Below, piece after piece: positions 19,983 through 29,658 of a stretch of DNA of 64,000 nt. The DNA comes from an uncultured Thermoprotei archaeon. GTDB taxonomy: Archaea; Thermoproteota; Thermoprotei; QMSL01; B3-G16. Location: assembly GCA_964517845.1 (NCBI GenBank), contig CAZFCQ010000007.1, positions 14,087 to 78,086 on the forward strand, read 5' to 3'. Below the pieces are notes generated by a model that did not search any database, was not told the origin of the DNA, and saw only the letters and a list, made by a program, of their open reading frames with translations. The position numbers and the translations under genes are program-made. The first letter of the stretch is position 1. Each line of letters begins with the position of its first letter.

Positions 19983-21611
19983 TTAACGTCTTAATCCCTC
20001 CATAGACCTGCTCACCCCTTTTCCAAGATTATTGAAAGTAGTTTTCTCATTGACGAAATCATAACCACAACTAGGGCAAGTGTCTTTATTAATATCTACT
20101 CTTGAATTGCACTTCGGACAAGTTTTATAGTTGATTGATGCCTTAACCTTATTAGTCTTTATTTCATGAATATGTGCTCTTAGTTCGTTAAGTACATTTT
20201 TAGGTGAATGATAGTACTTTCGTAATAAAATGAACCATTCTTCGGCCCTCAAATATTTACCATATCTTGCGGCTTCTAAAGCTAGTGTCATGAAGATTTT
20301 TCTTTGCTCATACTCCTTTAACAAGGAATTCATGTCTACTAATAACCTTCGAGAAACTTCCTCTAAAGTACTTCTAATATTGAGAGGTGTAAGCGTATCT
20401 TTAGCTGGATCGTAGTCAAAGACTATGTCAGCTATAGGTACATAATTTCTTAATCCTGTAATGTAGAAAATGCTTTTAACTCTACGTGCTATACTGAAAC
20501 TACCTCTAAGGGGCGAAGTTACCTTTATTGTCTGTATCAAAACTTTAACACTAGACATTGTAGACTCTTCAATACCTAGTTCCTTAAATCTAGAGTACAC
20601 TTCATTTAAGCTTCCTGCGTGAAAGCTAGTTATACCACCATGTCCCGTTGCAACGTGCTGAGCAAAAGCTCTAGCTTCAGCATAACGAACTTCGTTTACA
20701 ATTAAGTAATCTGTACTACGTCTTAAAGCATGCGCCACAAGTGAATCAAGTTTAATTTCGCCTACACTACCTACTGTGAAACTCTTACGCTCACTTAACG
20801 ATATTAAGTTTTCATGAGGAATACGCATTTCAGGGACATCTTGCACTAATGTAATGGATGCTGTAGGCTTTATAAGACAACCTAATGCATTAGCTAATGA
20901 GGTCTTACCAGATCCCATTTCGCCAAAGATTATTATAGGTAGCTTAGCTTCAATAGCAAGCCATAATAGTGCCATAGCTTCTGGAGATATCATATGAGTG
21001 AGCATCATACGTGTTGGCGTCCATGGATATCTAGGGAATTTCCTTATCGTGAAACTTGAAGTGGGAGATACTTCGCTTCGATAGGTTAAAGCAGCTCTAT
21101 CCCCTGTAGGGAGGATGACACTATCAAGTATAGGTCGACTTCTATGTATACCACTTCCACCACGATGGGCTAATATGCGAACCATACGGTCAACTTCATC
21201 ATCAGAGGGTATAATATTAGTCTGAATAAGCCCATAATCTTTATGCGTAACTCTTAAGGGTACATTCGCATGGAAGCATTGTATGTCTTCTAAATTATCA
21301 TCTCGCATGAGAGGTTCAAGCCATGAATAACCAACTATTTCACTTTTAATTAGATAAACCAACTTATCTGAAAGCCCTCTTTTTCGTAACACTTCTTCCA
21401 TTTTTTCTGCACTCGTTAACTCAGATGGTTTAAGTATGTAGGAGAGCTCGTCCATAACTCTCTTAAGGATAAGTTGCTCCTCGTTAGATAATTTAATAGG
21501 TACTACCTTATACACATACTCATATTCTCTATCAATAATATCGATACGTGTGAAACCATCCGGTGAATAAGTCCTTATGATTTTTCCACTAATGTTCAGA
21601 TATTGAGGCAT
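19983..21611 (-). CDS. type II/IV secretion-family ATPase (VirB11/FlaI/UpsE-like) with C-terminal zinc ribbon
   Basis: Walker A GEMGSGKTS; Asp/His boxes; C-terminal CPKCNSRVDINKDTCPSCGY (CxxC-x9-CxxC). Confidence 0.85.
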   Translation of the reverse strand: MPQYLNISGKIIRTYSPDGFTRIDIIDREYEYVYKVVPIKLSNEEQLILKRVMDELSYILKPSELTSAEKMEEVLRKRGLSDKLVYLIKSEIVGYSWLEPLMRDDNLEDIQCFHANVPLRVTHKDYGLIQTNIIPSDDEVDRMVRILAHRGGSGIHRSRPILDSVILPTGDRAALTYRSEVSPTSSFTIRKFPRYPWTPTRMMLTHMISPEAMALLWLAIEAKLPIIIFGEMGSGKTSLANALGCLIKPTASITLVQDVPEMRIPHENLISLSERKSFTVGSVGEIKLDSLVAHALRRSTDYLIVNEVRYAEARAFAQHVATGHGGITSFHAGSLNEVYSRFKELGIEESTMSSVKVLIQTIKVTSPLRGSFSIARRVKSIFYITGLRNYVPIADIVFDYDPAKDTLTPLNIRSTLEEVSRRLLVDMNSLLKEYEQRKIFMTLALEAARYGKYLRAEEWFILLRKYYHSPKNVLNELRAHIHEIKTNKVKASINYKTCPKCNSRVDINKDTCPSCGYDFVNEKTTFNNLGKGVSRSMEGLRR

Positions 21612-21771
21612 ACAGGTCCTCCATTCCTTAAGTCCGTGGTTTGAATAGCTTAATATCTAATACATAATAAAACCTTAGGAAAGATAAATAACCTTAGAGT
21701 TAAGGTCAGTGGAGGTGCCCTATCATCGGTGATCTTCCTCTAACCGGAAACCTTTCAATCATCCCTGAATC

Positions 21772-22341
21772 CTATAAGTTATCGTGACTAATTAAGCTTT
21801 GTTTAATAAATAATTCCAAGTAAGAATATGTTATAAGATTTGATTTAATTCCAAGATTCTTTATTAGGTCTAGTATCTTTCTCTTACTTTTTTCAGGATC
21901 AGAATTCATAACCTCGATCTCCAAGAATAGGCCTAAGTCTTTAACATTATCTAAACATAGCTTAATGTTCTCTTTGGTAAGGTATTCCTTTCTCTCTTTT
22001 TCAATTTGTAAAAATTTCTTAAAGCCTAAAGCTTCAAGTATGGTAATTAGTGTATTACCGTCAGATACCTCCACCTCTAACTCTTTACGTGACTTGAAAG
22101 GACCTTTACCTATCTTTTTATACGTTAGAAAGAATTTTCCATCAGATGTTTTCCTGACTCTAAGCGCTTCCTTTGATTCTGAGAAGTCACGTAAGGGATG
22201 TAAAAAGTATATGTCAATTTCCTTTCTTTTACCTAAGAATTTAGCTTTTATCTTCCTTAATATTCTTTCTTCAATGGAATTAAATTCTTGAGGAGATAAG
22301 GCTAGCTTTACTTCGATCTCTCTGGAATATGTTTCTTCCAT
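21772..22341 (-). CDS. CYTH-domain protein (CyaB/thiamine triphosphatase-like triphosphate tunnel metalloenzyme)
   Basis: N-terminal EIEVKL and alternating acidic beta-strands (LEIEVM) of the CYTH tunnel; 189 aa. Confidence 0.7.
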   Translation of the reverse strand: MEETYSREIEVKLALSPQEFNSIEERILRKIKAKFLGKRKEIDIYFLHPLRDFSESKEALRVRKTSDGKFFLTYKKIGKGPFKSRKELEVEVSDGNTLITILEALGFKKFLQIEKERKEYLTKENIKLCLDNVKDLGLFLEIEVMNSDPEKSKRKILDLIKNLGIKSNLITYSYLELFIKQSLISHDNL

Positions 22342-22345
22342 GGAT

Positions 22346-24136
22346 TTATACCTTCCCAGATACTAAGATTTTTCTTTGCTTTTTATAGAGTTCGATTATC
22401 TCTTGAACTGTTGTAGCTTGCTCAGGACTCTTATCTGGACGAAATCTAAGGAACCTAGGGAAGCGTATCGCTAGGCCAGCACCCTCTTTTATTATATTCC
22501 ATGCACAAGTATGTAATGGAGATAAGGTTATCTCTGCTCCAGTGATCTCCATTACAATAGCGGGTACGAACCATATATCAGCTTCCATTTTACTATCAAC
22601 ACGTGGATGTTTATGATTTATAACGTATGATTCAAACATCTTAGGTAATTCTTCTAGCTGTTCATCTGTAAATCCAGAACCTACTTTGCATACTGTTCTA
22701 AAGACATCATTTTCAGGATCGTAAGCGGCCATTAGTAATGCACCATACTTTCCAGCCCTCCTTCCTTTACCCCAGAAGGCACCTACAGCTATGAGATCTA
22801 GAGTATCAGCTAACTCTGCTTTATAATCACGTTTATACTTTATCCATAAGAAGCCTCTTACTCCACTTTGATAAATAGCATTAGGAGTTATTGCTTTACA
22901 CATTACTCCTTCACAACCTTCAGAGATAGCCTGTTCGAAGAATTCTTCTAATTCACGTGGCGAGGAAACTATTTTGTATTCTGCTAGGCTGATTCTTTCA
23001 TTTTCCTTTACAATTCTCTCTAGATACTTCCTACGCTCGGGATAAGGTTTTAAGGTTAAATCTTCTCCATTAACGTAAAGGGCGTCAAAGAGAAAAAGGC
23101 TTACTGGGTACTCCTCCATAGCCTTTCTAATATCATACTTTCGTCTTCGATGCATGAGTTCTTGGAAGGGTCTTAGTTCGCCAGTATCAGGATCTATAGC
23201 GACACATTCGCCTTCAATAATAGCCTCCTCTGCTAAAATGTGTTTCCGAATGAGTTCTACGGCATCAGGGAAGTGGTGAGTTACATTTTCTAATCTTCTA
23301 CTAAATAAGGTAACATTATTTCCTTTTTTATGAGCTTGAATTCTCATACCATCATACTTATATTCAACAACACACTTACCACCAAGTTTATTCAATATCT
23401 CCTGGGGTGTACGTAATCTCTCAGCGAGCATAGGCATTATAGGAACTCCTACTGTAATACCTATCTTCTTTACTCCTTCAAGGCCTTGAGTAACAAGAAC
23501 TTTTGCTACATATCCTAGATCTGGATGAAGATTATAAGCACGCTCAATGATCTCTCTACTACCTTTACCAGCCCCAAAAGCTTGAGCAAGGGCTTCTAGA
23601 ATGGTCATATCAGCTATACCTAAACGGAGTCTGCCTAGTATCGTTCTAAGGATATAACGTGCTTCCTTGGGTGAAGAGTCTCTTAATAGCGATGCTAAAA
23701 GTGTTATTTTAGTATCCTGAGCTCCCTCACCTGTTGCTTTAGCAATTTTCATGAGCGTGTCATATACCCTCTCAACAGTAAGAACTTCTTTTTTAAATTC
23801 CTCACCTAAGAACTCGAATAAGCTTACACTACGCTTATGCGATAACAGGTATTCAGCTACGGAGCCTATATCACCGAGTTTTCTAACGGCCTTCTCTACT
23901 TCTCTAATACTAACTCCAGCTGCTTGAGCTAGCGCACGCATCGCTAGTTTCTCAGCGACACCGAATTCGATACCTTCATAATCAGGTCTTAGCTTACCTT
24001 GAGTTAGATATATTACCTTATCAATTATCTCATGTGGAACTTTCTTCAATAACACCACTAAATAAGTAGTCATCTCGGTTCTCTTGCTAGTAGACTCTAT
24101 TTTCTCGTAGGTCTCAACGAGTGTAGAATATCTCAT
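22346..24136 (-). CDS. lig: ATP-dependent DNA ligase
   Basis: Motif I EYKYDGMR (adenylated Lys), 596 aa, archaeal Lig length. Confidence 0.9.
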   Translation of the reverse strand: MRYSTLVETYEKIESTSKRTEMTTYLVVLLKKVPHEIIDKVIYLTQGKLRPDYEGIEFGVAEKLAMRALAQAAGVSIREVEKAVRKLGDIGSVAEYLLSHKRSVSLFEFLGEEFKKEVLTVERVYDTLMKIAKATGEGAQDTKITLLASLLRDSSPKEARYILRTILGRLRLGIADMTILEALAQAFGAGKGSREIIERAYNLHPDLGYVAKVLVTQGLEGVKKIGITVGVPIMPMLAERLRTPQEILNKLGGKCVVEYKYDGMRIQAHKKGNNVTLFSRRLENVTHHFPDAVELIRKHILAEEAIIEGECVAIDPDTGELRPFQELMHRRRKYDIRKAMEEYPVSLFLFDALYVNGEDLTLKPYPERRKYLERIVKENERISLAEYKIVSSPRELEEFFEQAISEGCEGVMCKAITPNAIYQSGVRGFLWIKYKRDYKAELADTLDLIAVGAFWGKGRRAGKYGALLMAAYDPENDVFRTVCKVGSGFTDEQLEELPKMFESYVINHKHPRVDSKMEADIWFVPAIVMEITGAEITLSPLHTCAWNIIKEGAGLAIRFPRFLRFRPDKSPEQATTVQEIIELYKKQRKILVSGKV

Positions 24137-24205
24137 TTTTCCTCATAGCTCTTCAATACAATATGTCATAATTATTAGTTTCGTTCATTATTTGAACGTA
24201 CTTAA

Positions 24206-24754
24206 TTAGGCTCTTTCCACCATTCTCTCAAATGTCCATCTTGCCGAATTTCTTATCTCTCTTAATCTGAATTCATTTCTATAATTATAAACTAAGAGCT
24301 CTTTCAATATTCCATCTTTCGTACGTATCTCATACCTAAAGATTTTATCAGGCTCTAATTTTCCTCTTTCAGAAGCCTCCTTATCTTTTCTTTGGAATTC
24401 ACCTAAGACTCTGACTACAAAGAATGTACTAAAAGGAGGTCTATTTACATCAATCCTTACTCCCTTCTCAGGGACTATCCTTATTTTATCCTTCCATACA
24501 TACATCCTAGCTAAGGGCTTATTGTTTACTCTATGAGCTAGTAGATACTCTCTCTCAGGGGGTTCTTCAACAGCCTCCTCTTTAGTAGATATTTCGATAG
24601 CAGGTTTGAAGCTCATTTGACTAAGTTGCTTATTAATGATCTCTAAACAAGCTTTTAATAACTTTAACTCTGCCTCAAGTTCTTCTATTCTCCTTTCAGC
24701 TAGTCTTTTCAACTCAGCTAGTTCTTTAACAAATTTTTCATTCTTATTATCCAT
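24206..24754 (-). CDS. hypothetical protein with N-terminal coiled coil
   Basis: LAELKRLAERRIEELEAELKLLKACLEI heptads, then a basic globular domain. Confidence 0.45.
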   Translation of the reverse strand: MDNKNEKFVKELAELKRLAERRIEELEAELKLLKACLEIINKQLSQMSFKPAIEISTKEEAVEEPPEREYLLAHRVNNKPLARMYVWKDKIRIVPEKGVRIDVNRPPFSTFFVVRVLGEFQRKDKEASERGKLEPDKIFRYEIRTKDGILKELLVYNYRNEFRLREIRNSARWTFERMVERA

Positions 24755-24811
24755 ACATGTCTCTTTTAGCGAATCTTGGATATTAATATTATGAGCGATT
24801 AACGTGGCTAA

Positions 24812-25147
24812 TCATTCTTCCTCGTAGTTTCTCTTAGCATTAAGTAGTAAGGATTCGCTTTTTATTAGAATGTCCCTTATCAGCGCAATAGATTTGGTTA
24901 TTACAGAAACGCGTTTATTAAGCTCTGTATGGATAGCTCTTTCAATTAACTCAGCTACGTCCTTATACCCGATATTCTTCCTTTTAAGTAGTAGTAATAT
25001 GTCGGCTCGAAGCATGCTTAGATATCTAACTTCACTAGTCTGATGAGCTTTTAGACATTTTAAAATTCGGCTACGTGAGTACTTTCGTCTAGTCGTAGGT
25101 GACCACTTTATAAAAGCTATACAAGGCTCCCATTCGTCTCTTAACAT
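24812..25147 (-). CDS. hypothetical small basic protein
   Basis: 111-aa ORF without recognised motifs. Confidence 0.4.
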   Translation of the reverse strand: MLRDEWEPCIAFIKWSPTTRRKYSRSRILKCLKAHQTSEVRYLSMLRADILLLLKRKNIGYKDVAELIERAIHTELNKRVSVITKSIALIRDILIKSESLLLNAKRNYEEE

Positions 25148-25186
25148 CGTTTATCAATCCAAGACTAGGAGTGAACTCAATAAAAA

Positions 25187-26098
25187 TTATTCTACGAATT
25201 TTCTTAATGCATCAACTATGACAGGAGTTACACTTACGAAGCTAACAGGGCTTGGAACAGTATCTGTACCAATAAGTGCTTCAGCGCCAGCCTCTAGTAT
25301 TTTAACGAGTGCATTTTCTACTAGTATAGGATGAGTACATGCAGTAACTACTCTTTTAGCGCCTTCTCTCAGAACAACTTCAATAGCCTTAACCATAGTA
25401 CCTCCAGTACTTACAATATCATCGACTATGAGTACATCCCTCCCTTTAACGTTAAGAGACTTAGGTGTGATTTCTACTTCTCTATCACCTAAACGTTTTT
25501 TAACTAAATAGTCATATTCAGCATCTATAGTCTTTGCAGCTATACAAGCCCATTGTTCAGCTTCCTCGTCAGGGCCTATAACTATAGGATCCTCTAGCTT
25601 GAATTGCTCTTTAGCATATTTTGCTAGAAGTGGCATCGCTGTAAGGTTATGAGTAGGAAGTCCTATAAGACGTATTAGTTCATCTCCCATCCTATGTCTA
25701 TGTATGTCTATAACATAAAGCTCGTCTGTTCCAACGTCTTTAAGTAATTTAAAGACTGTCTTTAGGCTTAAGATCTCACCTGGATTAAATCTTTGATCCT
25801 GCCTTGCATAAGCAAAATAGGGAATAACACCTATTACTTTTTTAGCTCCTAAATCCTTAAGAGTATCTACAATAAGGAAATATTCCATTAAATATTCATC
25901 AGGTCGATGATACATAGACTGTATAAAAACCACAGTTTTGCCATTAACATCACCGTGTATTCTAGCATATTTCTCTCCATCGGGAAATCTTCTAGTTTCT
26001 ACCCTTAGATAGTTCGCACCAAGTCCTTTAGCTACACGGAATGCTAGAGCTTGAGCAGAAGAGCCACCAAGTATAATGAGTGAAGACACTAAGATCAC
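25187..26098 (-). CDS. prs: ribose-phosphate pyrophosphokinase (PRPP synthetase)
   Basis: VIGVIPYFAYARQDQRF PRPP-synthetase motif; PRPP-binding loop DDIVSTGGT. Confidence 0.85.
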   Translation of the reverse strand: MILVSSLIILGGSSAQALAFRVAKGLGANYLRVETRRFPDGEKYARIHGDVNGKTVVFIQSMYHRPDEYLMEYFLIVDTLKDLGAKKVIGVIPYFAYARQDQRFNPGEILSLKTVFKLLKDVGTDELYVIDIHRHRMGDELIRLIGLPTHNLTAMPLLAKYAKEQFKLEDPIVIGPDEEAEQWACIAAKTIDAEYDYLVKKRLGDREVEITPKSLNVKGRDVLIVDDIVSTGGTMVKAIEVVLREGAKRVVTACTHPILVENALVKILEAGAEALIGTDTVPSPVSFVSVTPVIVDALRKFVE

Positions 26099-26191
26099 CG
26101 ATAAATTATTTAAACACTCTTTTTATAATCGTTATCGTAGATTGGAGGAGTACTTAAGGTGATGTTTCTTCAAAGTAGAGGTGCGTGATAT

Positions 26192-26536
26192 TTGGGACGA
26201 ATGTGCACTCCTGATTGCCCCTATTTTAGATGTTTAAAGAAGTCATTAGCCTTTGTAACGCCACGAGGAAAGATCTTAACTCCGAGAGCAAAGGAGAAGT
26301 ACAAAGGAAAAGTAACTGCATGGTGTCTATGGGCTAATGATGTATGTAAAGGATATCAATGTCAGTATGCAAATTGTGTAAAGCACGCCATGCTTCCTAA
26401 TGGTACTTGTACATTAGGTATCAAAGTAAAGGAAGTAGGTAGAAGTATAGAGGAAGAAGCTAAAGCATTAGAAAAAGAGTACCTGGCATTAAAGCCTAAG
26501 TTGAAAAAACTTCGCATTGAAGACATCGACTTATAA
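26192..26536 (+). CDS. small cysteine-rich protein (putative metal-binding) upstream of thrS
   Basis: 114 aa with 9 Cys (CTPDCPYFRC…CLWANDVCKGYQCQYANC…C) and K/E-rich helical tail. Confidence 0.45.
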   Translation: MGRMCTPDCPYFRCLKKSLAFVTPRGKILTPRAKEKYKGKVTAWCLWANDVCKGYQCQYANCVKHAMLPNGTCTLGIKVKEVGRSIEEEAKALEKEYLALKPKLKKLRIEDIDL

Positions 26537-26585
26537 GAATTTTTAATTTTTTAGTGCCTATGATAAGAGTGAAATCGATAGATAA

Positions 26586-28457
26586 ATGGTGAGAGATTTG
26601 AGACTTTTACTTATCCATGCAGATTATTTTGAATACCAAGTAAGAGAGCCAGCACTATCTACACCTGAGGTAGTAACTAATGAGAGGAAAAAGCTTAGTA
26701 CAAACAATACACTAGTCGTTTTCGTAACTGTAGAGAAGGAAGATGAAGCTAAGGTAGATAATGTGGCGAAAGAAGCTTGTGAAATCATACTAGATGTTTA
26801 CAATAAACTATCACCTCTATCTGTGGTAATATACCCTTACGCTCATTTATCTTCAAGCCTTGCATCTCCTCGGGTAGCATTAGAAGCACTAGAAAAGTTA
26901 GAGAGTGAAGTTAAAGGACACGGTTTGAAGGTTTTTAGAGCCCCCTTTGGTTGGTATAAAAGCTTTACTATAAAGTGTAAAGGGCATCCTCTAGCAGAAC
27001 TTTCACGAAGTATAACTGGTGAAAGAAAAGTTACTGTAGAAGTTGAAGAGAAAGAAGAGTTAGAAAGCGAATTTAAAATAATAGAGCCAAATGGTAAGGA
27101 GCATGATCTAGATCTAGGAGATGTAAGTAAATGCAAAGTTTTAGAGAAGTATCCTCTTCTTAAGCAGTTTGTCCTCTCTGAAGAACTAGGCATTAAACCT
27201 CACAAAACGCCAGAGCATATAAGGCTAATGAGAAGATTAGAACTTGTAGATTATGAGCCTGCATCTGATGCAGGACATTTTAGATTTTATCCTAAAGGAG
27301 AACTAATTAAGAACTTGTTAGAGGAGTTCGCTACACGAATGGCAATAAAAGATTTAGGAGCTATGAAAATTGAGACACCATTACTGTATAAACTTTCAGA
27401 GCCAGATATAGCAGAACAAGTAGCTAGATTCCGTGAAAGAGATTACCGCCTTAAAGTGGGAAATAAAGAGTTAATACTAAGATTTGCTGGAGATTTTGGG
27501 CTCTTTAGGATGATGAAAACTATAACAATGACATATAAGCAGTTGCCTATAAGGATATATGAATTGTCAAAATCTTTTAGGCTAGAGCAAAGTGGTGAAC
27601 TAGTAGGTCTCAGAAGGTTGAGAGCATTTACAATGCCAGATATTCATTGTTTTTGTAAAGACATAGTTCAGGGAATGGAGGAGTATAGGAACCTATTTAG
27701 GTATTATACCAGGTTAGTAGAGACTATCGGTATAGACTATGTTCTCGCATTCAGAGTTGTAAGAGACTTCTACATGGAATATAAAGAATGGATAAAAGAT
27801 ATGGTAAAGGAAGCAAAGGTACCAGCATTAATCGAGTTACTTCCTAAGAGAAAGCACTATTGGGTAATCAAGCATGAATATCAATTCATAGACTCTGTAG
27901 GTGGGAATGCTCAACTTTGTACAGTTCAATTAGATGTAGAAGATTCTGAGAGGTATGGTATCTATTACGTAGATGAAGAAGGTAAGAAGAGAGGATGTAT
28001 AATAGTTCATAGCTCTATGGGATCTATCGAAAGATGGATTTATGCAATCCTAGAAGAGGCAGCTAAGATGATGAAACGTAAAGAGGTACCTAAACTTCCA
28101 ACATGGCTAAGTCCTATTCAAGTACGTATAATACCAGTCAGTAGAGAGTATTTAGATTACGCCATCAAGATAGCAGATGAAATTGAAAAAGAAGGTTTTC
28201 GAGTAGATATAGATGATAGAGAAGAGACTGTAAGTGCTAAGATAAGGAGCGCAGAGACAGAATGGATACCTTATATAATCGTAGTAGGGAAGGAAGAAAA
28301 AGAGAGTAATGTTTTAAGCATAAGGATAAGAGGTAAAGGTATAGGAAAGATGAAATTACAAGAACTAATTAAAAGTCTTGAGGAGGAGACAAAGAATATG
28401 CCTCACTTACCACGATATACTCCTAAGTTCCTATCACTAAAGCCTAGATTCGCATAA
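26586..28457 (+). CDS. thrS: threonyl-tRNA synthetase, full length with archaeal-type N-terminal editing domain
   Basis: N-terminal LLLIHADYFEY…YPYAHLSS editing domain; class II motif 2 FRLEQSGELVGLRRLRAF; motif 3 GSIERWI; anticodon-binding C-terminus. Confidence 0.9.
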   Translation: MVRDLRLLLIHADYFEYQVREPALSTPEVVTNERKKLSTNNTLVVFVTVEKEDEAKVDNVAKEACEIILDVYNKLSPLSVVIYPYAHLSSSLASPRVALEALEKLESEVKGHGLKVFRAPFGWYKSFTIKCKGHPLAELSRSITGERKVTVEVEEKEELESEFKIIEPNGKEHDLDLGDVSKCKVLEKYPLLKQFVLSEELGIKPHKTPEHIRLMRRLELVDYEPASDAGHFRFYPKGELIKNLLEEFATRMAIKDLGAMKIETPLLYKLSEPDIAEQVARFRERDYRLKVGNKELILRFAGDFGLFRMMKTITMTYKQLPIRIYELSKSFRLEQSGELVGLRRLRAFTMPDIHCFCKDIVQGMEEYRNLFRYYTRLVETIGIDYVLAFRVVRDFYMEYKEWIKDMVKEAKVPALIELLPKRKHYWVIKHEYQFIDSVGGNAQLCTVQLDVEDSERYGIYYVDEEGKKRGCIIVHSSMGSIERWIYAILEEAAKMMKRKEVPKLPTWLSPIQVRIIPVSREYLDYAIKIADEIEKEGFRVDIDDREETVSAKIRSAETEWIPYIIVVGKEEKESNVLSIRIRGKGIGKMKLQELIKSLEEETKNMPHLPRYTPKFLSLKPRFA

Positions 28458-28494
28458 AACATTAATTTAGTCAAAATGAAGTATTAAACGTAAA

Positions 28495-28560
28495 GCATAT
28501 GATGATGCTCGAAAGGTATGACTCTCTGAAGGGATGATTAGCCCGCGCAGGTCTGATTAC
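28495..28560 (+). ncRNA. candidate box C/D sRNA (C ATGATGA 28499-28505; D' CTGA 28526-28529; C' ATGATTA 28534-28540; D CTGA 28553-28556)
   Basis: Canonical C and D boxes; 12-nt GC-rich guide GCCCGCGCAGGT between C' and D; intergenic, downstream of thrS. Confidence 0.45.
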
Positions 28561-28761
28561 CTTAACGATATTTATTTTCTAAATAACACTTAATTTTCTA
28601 CTCAGTAGATAAGAGCTTATCCTATGGGATTTTTCCCAAAGATGCCTAGTTCAGAGTAAGTCTCTAGTTAAGTAGTATTAGTAAAAAAAAAGTAGGCTTT
28701 TAACTCATATAGTGAGCTATTACGTTTATTAAAAGTGATGCTTCCTTTTGAGAATTCAGTC

Positions 28762-29658
28762 CTATAATTCTCTGAGCTTAAGTATTTTAGCTATGTTTGC
28801 ATCAGGATCTATTATTGGCTTTATTTTGCCAGTTCTAGATGTCATTAATGTTGTAACTCCTGGTCCATGTCCTGCACTAACACATCTTGTGTGAACTATG
28901 ATACCTATAGTTACAGCACCAGTTTTGTAAATACGACCATAACTATGATCAGCATTTTCTATAGCAACAATATCTCCAAGCCTTAAATCATTAAGGTGGT
29001 ATTCCTTAATTATCCTTTCATCAAATAATTGTATATCATAATCGCCTCTATAGGCATTATCAGCGCCTAGGCCAGAACCCATTATTTCGGCGGGTATTAT
29101 ATGGGTTACAGGTACCTCTAAGGTATCACCAGCTTCCCTTATCTTCATCGCTTTTAAAAAGCTAGGGTCCATATTGAATATCTTGATATCAGGATAGTCA
29201 AGTAGTTTTAATCCAACACCATAAGCTTTGACGAGAACTTTGTCACCAGGGACTAATTTATCAAGGATCTCCCAATCAAAATCTACTAAAACATGCTCTA
29301 TTCCTCCATGTTTCCCTACCACAACACCCTTAGATCCTTTAGCGTCACCTGAGACAACTACAGCTTCATTCCCTATACATGCTAGAATATTTAATGCATT
29401 ATTTCCTGCTTCTCGTTCACCAAGTTTCATAGTACTCCTGATAGAAACTCCAGGTTCTACATGATCTGCCTCCCAATCTACTGCAGAGTCACCCACTCTG
29501 ACATTATATGTTATACCTCCAACACTGGGGAGTACTATAGGTTCGCCCTCAGGAGAAACTCTGTAAACATAATCTCCTTTCCAAGCACTAGTAACTTCGC
29601 CTATAACGCTTATTTTAACTAGTCGATTCTCGTTAGTCTTCATATTCTCTCCTTTCAT
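28762..29658 (-). CDS. conserved hypothetical protein (DUF4438-like, tentative)
   Basis: 298-aa Gly-rich beta-type sequence without known catalytic motifs; family assignment from memory only. Confidence 0.45.
   Translation of the reverse strand: MKGENMKTNENRLVKISVIGEVTSAWKGDYVYRVSPEGEPIVLPSVGGITYNVRVGDSAVDWEADHVEPGVSIRSTMKLGEREAGNNALNILACIGNEAVVVSGDAKGSKGVVVGKHGGIEHVLVDFDWEILDKLVPGDKVLVKAYGVGLKLLDYPDIKIFNMDPSFLKAMKIREAGDTLEVPVTHIIPAEIMGSGLGADNAYRGDYDIQLFDERIIKEYHLNDLRLGDIVAIENADHSYGRIYKTGAVTIGIIVHTRCVSAGHGPGVTTLMTSRTGKIKPIIDPDANIAKILKLREL

Noticed and set aside
21640-21760. GC-rich patch with two GATGAT repeats and a CTGA on the minus strand between the CYTH gene and the pilus ATPase
   Set aside because: Box-C-like elements are degenerate (ATGATTG / ATGATAG), spacing to CTGA-like boxes is irregular and no terminal stem; more likely part of the promoter/5' leader of the pilus-like operon.
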